A DNA stretch of 64,000 nucleotides, taken from NCBI GenBank assembly GCA_964016885.1, contig OZ024743.1, positions 71,610,001-71,674,000 of the forward strand, in the 5' to 3' direction. Shown here piece by piece: positions 30,415-45,158 of the stretch. A model generated the notes under the pieces. The model had not been told where the DNA came from and did no database searches. It saw only the letters and a program-made list of their open reading frames with translations. Made by a program: the position numbers and the translations under genes. This stretch comes from Eledone cirrhosa. Taxonomy: Eukaryota. Numbering within the stretch: position 1 is the first letter of the stretch; every line of letters starts with the position of its first letter.

Positions 30415-30544
30415 AAAGAGGAAAGCAAAAATGGGAGGAAATTTTCCTTCTTCAGTTGTCTGCCGAGGGTCTTGGTCATTTCAACGCGACTCCCAGCAGA
30501 CAACTGACGAAGGAAAATTTTCTCCCGTTCTTGCTTTCCTCTTT
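30415..30544. repeat. Imperfect fold-back between TA tracts, CTGANGA in both arms
   Basis: aaagaggaaagcaa...ccttcttcagttgtctgc / gcagacaaCTGACGAagg...ttgctttcctcttt; no matching GAAA half found. Confidence 0.7.
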
Positions 30545-30588
30545 TTATAAGTACACCTTATCCAGCAACTACACAGCCCCTGTTTATT

Positions 30589-30631
<43 letters not shown>

Positions 30632-31078
30632 CTTAACGAGCTCCAAATTGTTGAGCTAATAAATTCGAATGGTTGGGCTGCCCTCTCTAGCATTTTCCCC
30701 AATCCATGAGAGCCGTTATTTGATGCAAATAACACGTGATTTCGCCCTACTCTGGGCAGCGTGTATATTAGCTTTCTCTCTATCCATGAGGTTAGATGTG
30801 TCGTGAACAGTGTCCACATTTGCTGACTGAGGATCCTGTGGCCTGTTATACTACACATATCAGTGGTGAAACGAAGCGAGATTCGTATCAGCAAACTTAT
30901 AATTATAAGGTTGGTAATTTAAAACTCTAATTCAGAGATTTGATTCTGACTTAGTTTTTTTCTATTTAATTTCTAAACCTGTAGATATTGTTCTCTATAC
31001 AGTAACGGTAAAACTCACTTGTAATAATTCTCTACACACATCTCACTGTGTAACACACTTCTCTTTGTGTAATATATT

Positions 31079-31132
<54 letters not shown>

Positions 31133-31178
31133 CATATATATATATATATATATTTGCATATATATATATATATATATT

Positions 31179-31224
<46 letters not shown>

Positions 31225-31246
31225 CATATATATATATATATATATT

Positions 31247-31297
<51 letters not shown>

Positions 31298-31299
31298 CG

Positions 31300-31424
31300 T
31301 TTAATATAGAAATGACTTTTACAAGACAAGAACTGTTTCATTCAAAATAAATCGCCAAGGCTTTCCTTATGATTTATATTGAATGAAACAGTTCTAGTCT
31401 TGTCGAAGTCATTTCTATATTAAA
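31300..31424. mobile_element. Fold-back mini-element (family of 323-454)
   Basis: Arms tttaatatagaaatgactt..agaactgtttcattc / gaatGAAAcagttct..aagtcatttctatattaaa. Confidence 0.65.
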
Positions 31425-32122
31425 AATGATGTTTTTTACACTCTACTAATGTGTTGTGTACCTTACTGTGGTTACCTCCGATTAAAACTCTCTCTCTCTC
31501 TCACACACACAAACGTATATATATATATTTATATATATAATCGTAAATTGTATATTATATGTATATACATTCCTATATGTTGTACGTGTACAAAGGGATA
31601 TAGTTATGTTATGCTATCAGAAAGTTAAGAGATATGTACAGCTCCACATAAATCACTTTATTGGCAAGCTTATTGCCAATATATTTGGTAAGGATATTTT
31701 GTGGTGGCCCTTAATTCCACTTACTTGCTTACCAGTGAAACAAATATAGCCGTGTGTGGGGCAACGTGGATCGCTCATTGTACTAGACAGGGAAACATTT
31801 CTCATTTGTTTAAATGTTTTAAAATCTTGAATTCACACAGTAAAAATCTGTTTTCTCTTGTTAAATAGAAAACAATACAAACAAAAAATAATTTTAAAAT
31901 TTGCGGGATTATTATTAACAAATCTGCTATTTTTATTAAATATGCTACTGGGTATTTGTGAAACAATAATATATTAATAACTCAGTTCATTGTATTGCAT
32001 GAATTCTATTTGTTTCACATGTATTATATTTGTGTCACTCCAAACATATATAAACAGTTTCTTAGATTATTTCTGCATGAAATCACACAAATTGAAATTA
32101 TTTTTTCTTTGGTTATTTGTAG

Positions 32123-32248
32123 GAAAATCATTACAAAGAAAATGAAATGAGTATGACACCGAAACGTCATGGAAATCACCCTCCTAGACCATCTCTGGTG
32201 GAAGACAAAGATGAAGAGTGTGTTACAAATCGTATGAACTGGGAATGA
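32123..32248 (+). CDS. Probable terminal coding exon of the iGluR-family gene (ENHYKENEMSMTPKRHGNHPPRPSLVEDKDEECVTNRMNWE*)
   Basis: Strong acceptor ttttttctttggttatttgtag; phase 0 fits the donor at 29026; open for 41 codons to TGA; followed by unique AT-rich UTR-like sequence with AATAAA at 32260, 32313, 33500. Confidence 0.65.
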   Translation, partial: ENHYKENEMSMTPKRHGNHPPRPSLVEDKDEECVTNRMNWE

Positions 32249-34431
32249 AGAAAGAAATCAATAAAAAATATCGTCTACTGAATGTCAATTAGACTGTTTC
32301 AAACCGAGGGTGAATAAAAGTACTACGCCGAAATCTATTACAGCATTTAGCCAAACACTTTTGGGGGGAACAGCACTGTGACTATTGTGATAATCTCACA
32401 ATATGCAGAAAATATGTATTAAAAGAAAAGCAGTCACGTTGGGCAGAAGAACGGGAAGTGAGAGAACAATATATAACGCCGTTTACAAAGAAGCACAGAA
32501 ATTTAGTCGTTTGTTTTATTGCTGCAAAATATCCTTTAATAGCTATAACATTAAAAAAATATATTCATAAAGTCATAACTAACCAAGACAAAATTTCTGG
32601 TAAAAATATAACGAAGACAAAGAATGTTGAAAAAAGCACATTTAAAGAAGTAAAACAATGTTTGAAATGATTAAAGTACGAATGAAAAACGTCTTCAAAT
32701 CAAGCTATTTACAAGTGAAGCAGCACTACGCATGAGCCACTATCATCTGTGATATAGTCCATGTTTTTGTTTTTTGAAATTTTAACTAGAGATCTCCTCC
32801 CATCCTGTTTAGGTTCTCTTTCCGAAATTTTCGTTTTATTATTTATAATCTGTAGCTTTGCTTTAATTTTTGGAATATTTATTTCATTTTAATCAATTTG
32901 AAAATCAGATAGAGAAAGATTTTGGAAAATATGGAGATAAATGAAAGGCTTTGAAATGCAGGCATCTACCTATGTACCTAGTTGTCTTTCTCTTTCTATC
33001 TGTCCACCTCTATGTATATATATGCATGTATCTCTGTTTCTCACTGATTATCTATCTTGCTATCAACATAACTGCATACGTGTATGTTTCGCCAACCAAA
33101 TCTCTGTTCCCTTCATATTCCGTTCATCTTCCCCACCCCCTCTCGGTTTTAAACATTAAATATGAAGCGACTATATTTGTTTTTGTACTGTACAATACGT
33201 ACAATTGTTAATAATATTGGTTATATGAAAGTCACATCAGTGATATATGTATTAATAGATTTCTATTATGGGGAATGCTTCTGTAGTCAAATGCATTTAA
33301 CACCTTACGATAACTTTTGGAAATCCAGGCACTCATAGATAAATTTTCCTCACTTCTAGTCTTTTAAGTAAACATATATATGCACAGTTTTAGGGAAAGT
33401 GAAAGGGAAACGGGTGAGATTGCGAAAGAAAGAATGAGAGAAATGGACTGAATGGGAGAAATATACATTTTAAATACATTTTCTGGTAAAAATTATTTAA
33501 ATAAAGTGAAGTATACAGATTACTTTTAAAAATTGCGTGTGGGGAAAGTTCCTATTATAGGGTTAGTAAAGAGTATACAGATGAAAACTTGTTAGAGGTC
33601 ACTATGGTGATTATATTCAATTATTAATAATAATGGTACCTTTCATTAGCCACAAGGGTTTAAGATTCCGGGGATGAAGACCGAAAACAACACAGGCTAG
33701 AATTTATATCGAGGGAATACTGACAAAAGAAATACAGATATTATAAAAATATTTGTAATACATAATCATGATAATACAAAACATAATTGTAAACTAGGAA
33801 GTATTTCCTAATAGAAGGGGATTGTGAATTGGGATTATTCCAATGAAGAACCTCCAGACGAAACCCGGAATTACACTGTCACTTCACAAGCATTGACAGT
33901 TCTCTCTACCAGTTTCTTACCTTCTGCTTAGACCCCCCCCCCTCCATAGAATAAGCCGATTCAGTATGGTCTATCTCCCCACCCCATCCTCCTTTCATAA
34001 ATCACCAGAAGGGAACACATCCTTTCTATCCTCACCTTCGTCATCAAGTGGTAGTTGATGTAATTGATAAGGGGTTGGCTGGAGAAGCAGATAAGTGTTC
34101 TTAAAACTTATAGACACTTCCAACATACAGCTAATTTCGATATAGGTACAAAGACAACAACAGCAACAACAATAATAAATTCGTAATAACACGTTAGAAA
34201 ATAATTAAATAGTGAAGTTGTGTAGCAAAAGAAAATATTTCTCTTTTGGTATATCTAACGTGAAATGTTAGAAGAAATATGAAGGGAAAATAAATGTCCC
34301 TAGAGAGATAGATTATATTAAACAACTCCACAGTAGCGAGTGAATCTATGAACTAAACCAATATTAATTTGTAGACAAAACTTTCACTTTCAGAGTGATA
34401 TTACAGCAAGAACCTCTCAAAACACACACAT

Positions 34432-34474
<43 letters not shown>

Positions 34475-34532
34475 ATACATATATAAATGTGTATATATAT
34501 GTATATATAAATTAATATATATATATATATAA

Positions 34533-35013
<481 letters not shown>

Positions 35014-35123
35014 CATACATATATATATATATATGTGTATATATATGTATATATATATACATATATATATAAGTGAGAGTAGAAGAACTCGGCGCTTTCG
35101 GGTAGTTACCTCTTCTAGAAAAA

Positions 35124-35232
35124 TTCAAATCCCGCCGAGGTTAGCTTTGCTTTTCATCCTTAAGGGGTCGATAAAATATAGCACCCGCAATGTATTGGGG
35201 TAATTGCTGGCCTTGTCATAAAAGTAGAAACA
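35124..35232 (+). mobile_element. Dominant-SINE 3' part
   Basis: ttcaaatcccgccgaggttagctttgc...agtagaaac. Confidence 0.85.
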
Positions 35233-35860
35233 TTTATATTATTATTAAAAATCGGAGGCCATAATCATTTGATTCAGGTTTATTTCATTAAGGACTATCA
35301 GTTACGATAGACCAAGCTTTTCTCACGGCACAACCGCCCCACCATAATGTGGCCGCACATCCCTTGTCGGTTAACCCATTATGCTAACATATATATATCG
35401 CTTTTGTATGATTTTGCAAGAGTCATGATCTTAAATTGTGTGGTGCAGATACTTTATTTCTAGTAGATCAATCCATAAGAGACAGAAAAGAAAAGAAGGA
35501 TGGAGTAGTGTCGAAGTTAGTTTAGACACAATGAACAAGTAATTACACAATGAGAGGAAGCCATCTTGACAACAATTAGTTCTTTACGCAATTGAACGAA
35601 GGAGTATGTTTTTCTGATGATAAATCGAAGGTTGTTTGTGTATTAATTAACAGCGTGACTCCCTTCAAAGCAGTATTACACATTAAACACACTCACAGAA
35701 ACACACAATCACGCACAAACACACACACACATATACGCACGCACACACACACACAGACGAACGCGCGCGCACACACACACACATACATATATATATGTAT
35801 GTGTAACAAGAGTACTCAATACCGAAGAGGAGATTCAATATATATATATATATATATACA

Positions 35861-35988
35861 TTTGTTCATTTTATTAAGGCTGGTGTTACGCTGGTGTTTC
35901 GCCTGTTTCGCATAGGGTCATCAGGACCTCGTGCGAAACAGGCGAAACTCCAGAGTTCAGAGAATCACTATTTATCCTTAATAAAATT

Positions 35989-35994
<6 letters not shown>
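35861..35994. mobile_element. Fold-back mini-element with hammerhead-like core at apex
   Basis: Minus strand CTGATGAccctatgcgaaacaggcGAAA; right arm ggcGAAActccagagt; family of 27654-27780. Confidence 0.6.
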
Positions 35995-36024
<30 letters not shown>

Positions 36025-36077
36025 ATGCCCCAGCATGGCCTCAGCCGGATGGCTGAAACAGGTAAAAGAGTAATATA

Positions 36078-36132
<55 letters not shown>

Positions 36133-36200
36133 TAATATATATATATATTATATATATATATATATGGGGGTGTTAAAGTTTGCTTGAAGCATTGTGAAAT

Positions 36201-36389
36201 ATGTAAAATATGTAGTTTAGAAAGCCACAACAATGCAGATGGGAAATTTCGAGGTAGGAAGTGAGTGAGAAATAGGAGAAAAGTGAAAATTGAGAGAAAC
36301 GTTTCTCTCAATTTTCACTTTTCTCCTATTTCTCACTCACTTCCTACCTCGAGATTTCCCATCTGCATTGTTGTGGCTTTCTAAACTAC

Positions 36390-36400
<11 letters not shown>
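36201..36400. repeat. Loop-less palindrome (100-bp arms) centred on GAAAC|GTTTC
   Basis: 36201-36300 is the reverse complement of 36301-36400 (about 2 mismatches); tail cccatctgcattgttg recurs at about 57410. Confidence 0.92.
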
Positions 36401-36461
<61 letters not shown>

Positions 36462-36594
36462 TTTAGGTTTGTTGGTTCACCACTGGATAGAACTGGTCAT
36501 TCCGTATCGTCAACCTTGATGTAATATTAGGGAGAGCACTCGACGTAATGCAAATCACCCGTCTTCGTTTGTGTTGTTGGTGGTGCGAGTACGG

Positions 36595-36643
<49 letters not shown>

Positions 36644-36664
36644 TATATATATACACACACACAC

Positions 36665-36696
<32 letters not shown>

Positions 36697-36715
36697 GTGT
36701 GTGTATATATATATG

Positions 36716-36800
<85 letters not shown>

Positions 36801-37074
36801 GAAGAGTTATGCTGTGTTTATGTGTGTATTTTCTAAGGTGTTGTTGTGATGGTGATAAGTCAAAAATGAAAGTTACCTCTTCACTAAATAATACATTACC
36901 TCACTACTTTGCTAATACTAAGATTAATCTTAACCAGTTACGTTATAATAACTTCAGAAATGGTCATTATCATTTCTGATATTGATATATTACTACCAAC
37001 ACCAATATAATAATGTGATTACGTTGCACCTGTTGTAGGTGAAATGCATTTTACTTTATTATTATTGTATTCAT

Positions 37075-37635
37075 GAGTTCAAATCCCGACGATGGGTCGA
37101 ATAGAAAGTACCAGTCATGTAGTTAGGTCGACTGATTCGACTTTCCCCCTTCCCTAAAATTGCTGCCCTTGTGTCTATATTAGAAACATTTATTTCCGTA
37201 TGGTTATCTCAATTATGTGATAAATTATTGTGAATTTTGTTGATAACACCAATTATCATATTATGTTATCGTCGATATAATTTCTTACATTTGCTGGTAG
37301 CATTCAAATCATTGGCCAATGATAAATGTTCTTGTTATTGTTATTATTATCCTGCATACAATTATATCTACCATTGTTATTTCTATTATTATTATTATTA
37401 TTATTATTAATAATAATTTTATTATTATTACTATGGTGGATTGGCAGTATCGGTAGAGCGCCGGACAACACCCACTGTGGTATTGATTTACGGTCCTTTC
37501 TATTCTGATTTCAAATCCTGCCGAGGTTAGCTTTGCCTTTCATCCTTACGGGGTCGATAAAATAAAGTACCAGTAATTGAATTTCCCCTTCCTCAAATTT
37601 GTTTCAGAATCCGAAACCATTATTATTATTATTAC

Positions 37636-37687
<52 letters not shown>

Positions 37688-37968
37688 GTTGTTGTTGTGT
37701 TTGTTAGCGCGTTGAATTGCAGAATAGATAAACACCGTACAAAAATACCTTGCGGTATTTAGCTAACCCCTTTTACATTTTGGGTTCAGATACTATCGAG
37801 GTAGATTTTGCCTTTCATCCACCTTATGTTGAGAATAAAATATCATTGAAATACTGGAGTCGATTTAACCGAATATACCCTCTGCCTAAATATACCCTAT
37901 GCCTGAATGTATGGCCTTCTGCCTAAGCTAGAAACCATTATCATTATCATAATAATTCTTATTATTAA

Positions 37969-38022
<54 letters not shown>

Positions 38023-38520
38023 TGATATAATGTTTACAATTATTATGATTATTATTATCATTGTCATAATGATTATTGTTATTATTACTATTATTTTATT
38101 ATTAATTGTTTCTACTTTTGGCACAAGGCCAGCAATTATCCCAGTGTATTACTGGTACTTTATTTTATCGACCCCGTAAGGATGAAAGGCAAAGTTAACC
38201 TCGGCGGGATTTGAACTCAGAATGGCAAAGGACGTAACTCTTTGCTGCAAAGCATGGCGTCCGACCCTCTACCGATACTGCCAATCCATCGCCATTATTT
38301 TATTATTATGGTGGATTGGCAGTATCGGTATAGGGTTTGACGCCATGCTTTGACGCAGAGGTACGGCCCTTGCCATTCTGATTTTAAATCCCGCCGAGGT
38401 TAACTTTGCCTTTCATCCTTATGGGGTCGATAAAATAAAGTACCAGTCACGAACTGGGATCGATTTAATTGACTTTCCCCTCCCCCAAATTGTTGGCCTT
38501 GTGCCTATATCAGAAACCAT
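37075..38520. mobile_element. Cluster of five dominant-SINE copies interleaved with (TAT)n tracts
   Basis: Copies at about 37075-37190 (+), 37433-37620 (+), 37700-37940 (+), 38103-38293 (-), 38308-38520 (+). Confidence 0.85.
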
Positions 38521-38847
38521 TATTATTGGTTTTCATTGCTAGTAATATTATCATAACAATAATCATGCTTGTAAATTGTTCTTTTTCCGGGCTTTACAGC
38601 AAAAACTACAAAACTCATGTCGAAAAGTATACATGATCAATGACTATTTCTAAACCTGACCATTTTGTAATATTTGCTTATATGCATATATATGTATATA
38701 TACATATAGTTCCAGTTGAAAGGAAGACACAGACACACACACACACACACAGACACACACACTCACACACACACACATGTATATATATGTATGGGCATAT
38801 ATACATATATGTATATAGATATGTTCATATATATATGCTTTTGAATA

Positions 38848-38937
<90 letters not shown>

Positions 38938-39046
38938 TTCTATATACGCATATATATTTATATATACGCATATATATGTATATATATAAATATATATATG
39001 TATGTATGTATATATATGTATATATGTGTGCTTTTGTGTGTATATA

Positions 39047-39120
<74 letters not shown>

Positions 39121-39134
39121 AAAGCACACATATA

Positions 39135-39204
<70 letters not shown>

Positions 39205-39365
39205 CGTGTGCGTGTGCTTTTGTGTATGTATAGGACAGAATCAAAGATTCTGTAAAAATACTAGAAAAACAGATGACTTATTTATAACCACAGGAATCTC
39301 TTATGATTTCTTAACCTGAATGATTTTTTAATACATGCTTGTATGTATATGCGTGTGTGTGGGGG

Positions 39366-39404
<39 letters not shown>

Positions 39405-39571
39405 TTATATATATATGTGTGTGTGTGTTTATATATATACTTATATATGTATAGTTTTATTCATACATATCTTTGTATACATATGTGTAAATATATATAT
39501 ACATATATATACTTATATATACATATGTATATATACATATGTATATATATATATATGCATGTATATATATG

Positions 39572-39626
<55 letters not shown>

Positions 39627-39653
39627 CTATATATATGTATATATATATATATA

Positions 39654-39714
<61 letters not shown>

Positions 39715-40189
39715 GTTTATATGTGTGTGTAAAATTGCATCTGTTTTGCATAGGAGCGCATCAAAGATTTTGGACAAGGTTAGATTAACAGATGACACCC
39801 ATTTATAACAAGAGCATCTTTAAAATGTATTTATCTTTGAATAAATAAATGAAAATATCTATAATATTTTGTTGTTTTATAAATTAAAAAAAAAATACAA
39901 CAAACTATATACAAAAATTTGTTAATGATCAGCACCGCTACTACTACTGGGAAATAATCGATTTTTGTAAATTTAGAGAATGTAATGATGATATTATGAA
40001 AATTTCAATTTTCAGCTGAAAGGATATTCATTTCTGAGGGATAATAACATTCGAATACAGATCTACAGTGTTCATGTTTAAACCAAGGATTCTAAGACAG
40101 ATGCATAACAGACATGTTTCGACCCACATATATTCCCACACAAAAGGCCTAAAAAAATACATTATTATATTGAAGTCGCGGTAAATCTC

Positions 40190-40380
40190 TAAGGTGGGAA
40201 AAATTCCCAAGACCCATGGCCGTGTTCTCTCAAGCGGTCTCTGTCCCTCATTATCGCTGCCATGTCCTGCGTCTCGAAGAGAACAGTATGTGTCCTTAGG
40301 GCATCAACATATGTTTTACCTTGTTCTTTTTCTTCCAGAGTGTTCATATGTTGGTGCAAACCAGAATAAACCCAGTATCT
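40190..40380 (-). mobile_element. RTE LINE 3' fragment (family of 10866-11275)
   Basis: ggtctctgtccctcattatc(g/a)ctgccatgtc and agggcatcaacata shared with 10912-10975. Confidence 0.75.
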
Positions 40381-40508
40381 GTGGCTGTAAATATGCCTTT
40401 CCTAATTTTATGAGAATTAAAATTGTTTTGGAATATTCAGACAACCAATTAAGTATATACGCACGCACACGCACGCACACGCACGCACACGCACGCACAC
40501 GCACGCAT

Positions 40509-40573
<65 letters not shown>

Positions 40574-40594
40574 CACACACACACACACACAAAA

Positions 40595-40630
<36 letters not shown>

Positions 40631-40712
40631 TTGTAGAAAGGTTCCTTGGAAGCGTCCAAAGGCGGTATGCCCATTGAGCACTCTATGCTCCTTCGAAGCA
40701 GAGTATAATAAT

Positions 40713-40918
40713 ATGGAAAACGAAGAATCAGTGATGCTTCGGATCGGAATACAATTTATTACGTATTACAATTTTTTCTCCGACGAACAGCTGGAGATTC
40801 GATCTGTTTGTGGATCGAACCTGACTCTGGATTCGCAAGTTCCTCAGATACGTCTGCGAAACAATTGTAATACGTAATGTATTGTGTTCCGATGCATTAC
40901 TGATTCTTTGTTTTCCAT
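40713..40918. mobile_element. Fold-back element with hammerhead 3' half (family pieces at about 13553-13630, 42030-42230, 51375-51392)
   Basis: Arms atggaaaacgaagaatcagt..ttacgtattacaatt / aattgtaatacgtaa..actgattctttgttttccat; GAAA-caattg-TA at 40858. Confidence 0.65.
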
Positions 40919-40941
40919 AATATATATATATATATATATAT

Positions 40942-41069
40942 GACGAAGGAAGTGTTGTAAGGAACCAGATGGACCACAGTACTCAATACGTAGAGTAGTA
41001 GAGTGGGTAATAGGGAAATGTTTAACACCGACGGAAGAGCTCAAGCCGTTTCGACGGCTATTTCTGGAC
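40942..41069 (-). mobile_element. Family-A mini-element, single arm truncated at hammerhead loop 2
   Basis: Minus strand gtccagaaatagccgtcGAAAcggcttgagctcttccgTC...ccttcgt(TA)n. Confidence 0.8.
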
Positions 41070-41081
41070 TCTATATTTCTA

Positions 41082-41259
<178 letters not shown>

Positions 41260-41318
41260 ATATATATTACTCAAAATATTAACAAATGAAGGATATTCAC
41301 ATAATCAAAATATATGCT

Positions 41319-41376
41319 TTATTATATATATTTCAAAGGTTCTGTGTTGTTTTTTCAGTACGTCTTCATCAGATAA
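41319..41376 (-). ncRNA. Minimal type I hammerhead motif (family D)
   Basis: Reverse complement ttat-CTGATGA-agacgtactg...cagaaccttt-GAAA-tatata-TA-ataa. Confidence 0.7.
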
Positions 41377-41602
41377 TATATATGATTTGATATATGACAT
41401 ACCGCTACGGTTTTGATCATACAATTACAGTTTTGGCAGTGATTTATTTCATCAAATCTCAATGTTTATATACCACAAATAATATGATGAACTTAAAGAA
41501 GAAAAGGACGTAGAGCAAATTACAGATATGAGAGAGGGTGTAAAGAAGAGGAAAGGCAAGAAAAAAAATACATACATAAATACATACATAAATAGATAAA
41601 TG

Positions 41603-41668
<66 letters not shown>

Positions 41669-41809
41669 CATTAAAGTTTAAGCAAAGAACTTATGATTCC
41701 AGTTCCTCTGAGGACTAACAACACACCCAGGAGGTGGATATATCGATGAATTGACGAGTGGAACACACTTCAATAACATGTATACCTTCTTTTTCTACAT
41801 TAATTCTTA

Positions 41810-41858
41810 TTGCCTGATGAGGTCACAGCCAATAATCGCTGTCACTGAAATATAGCAG
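41810..41858 (+). ncRNA. Minimal type I hammerhead motif
   Basis: ttgc-CTGATGA-ggtcacagc(caataatc)gctgtcact-GAAA-ta-TA-gcag; relative at 56190-56245. Confidence 0.75.
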
Positions 41859-42247
41859 AGAATTTGAATAAACGAAGCCAACTGTAATATGTTCGACTTA
41901 CACATTACTCCGGAGTAAACAAACCAATCTGCGTACTTCGTGGAGTGCTCCAACCTGCATACTTAGGTGTCGGTAAACAACCAACACATACTTAAAATTT
42001 ATATATATATATACATATATAATTGGTGTTGGATGCTCAGAGTGTCCGTATGCGGCAGGCCGTATGAGCAATCGATGCCCTCACAGAAAAAATAGAATCA
42101 TTGTTGCGACGAAAGGAATTTATTGGACGTATTATAATTGTTTCTCGGGTGACCAGCTCGAGGCACGATCGATATGGTGATCAAACCTGACTCTTAAATC
42201 GCGCGGTCCTCGGATACGTCTCGATTCTACGAAGCAGATAGGAAAAT

Positions 42248-43505
42248 CTATAGTGGATGATATACTATATTAGATCGTAAACTATAGTGGATCATAAACT
42301 ATAGTGGATCATAAACTATAGTGGATCATATACTATAGTGGATCATAAACTATAGTGGATCATATACTATAGTGGATCATATACTATAGTGGATCATATA
42401 CTATAGTGGATCATATACTATAGTGGAACATATACTATAGTGGATCATAAACTATAGTGGATCATATACTATAGTGGATCATATACTATAGTGGATCATA
42501 TACTATAGTGGATCATATACTATAGTGGAACATATACTATAGTGGATCATAAACTATAGTGGATCATATACTATACTGGATCATATACTATAGTGGATCA
42601 TAAACTATAGTGGATCATATACTATAGTGGATCATATACTATAGTGGATCATATACTATAGTGGATCATATACTATAGTGGAACATATACTATAGTGGAT
42701 CATAAACTATAGTGGATCATATACTATAGTGGATCATAAACTATAGTGGATCATATACTATAGTGGATCATAAACTATAGTGGATCATAAACTATAGTGG
42801 AACATAAACTATAGTGGATCATATACTATAGTGGATCATATACTATAGTGGATAATATACTATAGTGGAACATAAACTATAGCGGATCATAAACTATAGT
42901 GGATCATATACTATAGTGGATCATAAACTATAGTGGATCATATACTATAGTGGATCATAAACTATAGTGGATCATATACTATAGTGGATCATATACTATA
43001 GTGGATCATATACTATAGTGGATCATAAACTATAGTGGATCATAAACTATAGTGGATCATATACTATGGTGGATCATAAACTATAGTGGATAATAAACTA
43101 TAGTGGATCATATACTATGGTGAATCATAAATTATAGTGGATCATAAACTATAGTGGATCATATACTATAGTGGATCATAAACTATAGTAGATCATATAC
43201 TATAGTGGATGATAAACTATAGTAGATGATAAACTATAGTAGATGATAAACTATAGTAGATGATGAACTATAGTAGATCATAAACTATAGTAGATCATAA
43301 ACTATAGTAGATCATACACTATAGTAGATGATAAACTATAGTAGATGATAAACTATAGTAGATGATAAACTATAGTGGATCATAAACTATAATATATCAT
43401 AAACTAAAATAGATCATAAACTATCGTAGATCATATACTATAGTGAACCATAAACTATAGTAGATGATAAACTATAGTAGATGATAAACTATCTTAGATC
43501 ATACA
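42248..43505. repeat. 17-bp minisatellite (ctatagtggatcata[t/a]a), about 74 units
   Basis: Period 17 (42282, 42299, ...); head-to-tail with no spacers. Confidence 0.97.
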
Positions 43506-44981
43506 CTGTCTACAAAATATATGAACTGTTCACTTCTCTCTTCATGTTTTATGGTTTGAAAAGTATAAGATGTCTCAAAGTTTAGTAGTTGCAATAATTC
43601 CATTCCTGAAATAGAAATTTGTGAGTTTAATTTTCTGTTCGTCTCACATTTCCTAGCAACTAATGACGAACAAAGATTTAAACAATTCCAATATATTTTC
43701 AAACAAAAGACGAAACAGTTCCCTTTCTATCTCTATCTCTCTCCCCACACACATAGTAAGCGTAAGGAAAAAAGAACATTCACTAAATACATAACTGGTT
43801 AATATTTCGAAGATGAAAAAATAAATACAACTTTTCATTAAATAGCAGATTTATTCAATAGCTAACCGTCCCAAAGTGATATTTAATTGTGTATACAATG
43901 TTATATACACCTACATTTAAAACAATACCCCTGACAGAGTGTTAATTAAATCCATTGAAACAATTTCACAAACCAGCATACACTAGAATATACATTATGT
44001 AATTTGGAAAATTTGAAAATTATAACAACGTATTAGAGTAATAATTATCATTTAATTCATTGTTTAATAAATAATGACATATTTGTCAATATCAACGTAT
44101 TGAATGACTTATACTATATTCAATAAAAGATGCATGTTTACATTTCAAAACTTAAATATATATGCAAACACAAATGATTCATATGAAATAGAACTGAATG
44201 CGCCGATATAATATGTAATTGAATAAAATGGAAAATATAAGAGTGATTAATTATGGTTGTTACAGGATAATTAAACTACGTCACTGGACATTTCCTAATC
44301 ACAACTGTAGATGAATTTGCCTTAAGTTTTAAAATCTACATATTATGCCTGTATTAACATTCACGTGGATAATTTTCATATTTATTCACAAGTTTGAGTC
44401 TCACACGCATGTTCGTTTATCACGATGAATGTCTGTTATGCGTTAGTCTACCCATCAAATGTTCAGTAAACGGCAATTAATTTGCTACGCTGTCCCTATC
44501 ACACACCTTTTTTTTTTATCAGAAGTCCATTTTGATTTAAAAGAACAGTTTTACTTTTCATTAAATGAATCCATATACAAATATTACATACATTTTGGCA
44601 CACCGTAAGTATGTAATCTGTGGCGCAAGTACATTGGCAACCAAGGTAGTAGCTGCGGATACATTTTCATATTTTCATATCTTCAGCGCACATTTAAATC
44701 TAAGAAGATATTATGTCCCAAATGTCAGCAATGGGGAATAGGATACTGTGTGTTGACGATATATAAAATCATGGAAATACTTTCAGTGTTTTTACTCTGG
44801 AAACTAAAGTATTTGCAATATATAATGTGGAAAGTGATGTATCTAAGAAGGCTAAAACAATGTAAAATGGACGGTAAGATGAAGGCAACAAATTAGTTAC
44901 CTGGTAAGCTTTGTTTGTTTTTGTAGTTTTTTATACTTCTTTATTATATGTAAACCTAATCTATATACTCTATACATGCCA

Positions 44982-45158
44982 GCGGTGGATTGGCAGCATC
45001 GGTAGAGTGTCGGACGCATAGAGTCATGGCCCTTGCTATTCTGAGTTCAAATCCCGCCGAGGTTAACTTTGCCTTTCATCCTTACGGGGTCGATAAAATA
45101 AAGTACCAGCAATGCACTGGTTAATTATTGGTGTTGTGCCAAAAATAGAAACAATTAT
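44982..45158 (+). mobile_element. Dominant SINE copy
   Basis: A-box tggcagcatcgg, B-box gagttcaaatc, central domain and tail. Confidence 0.9.

Noticed and set aside
42248-43505. CRISPR-like regular repeat array
   Set aside because: Units are contiguous 17-mers with no unique spacers, there are no cas genes, and the context is eukaryotic.
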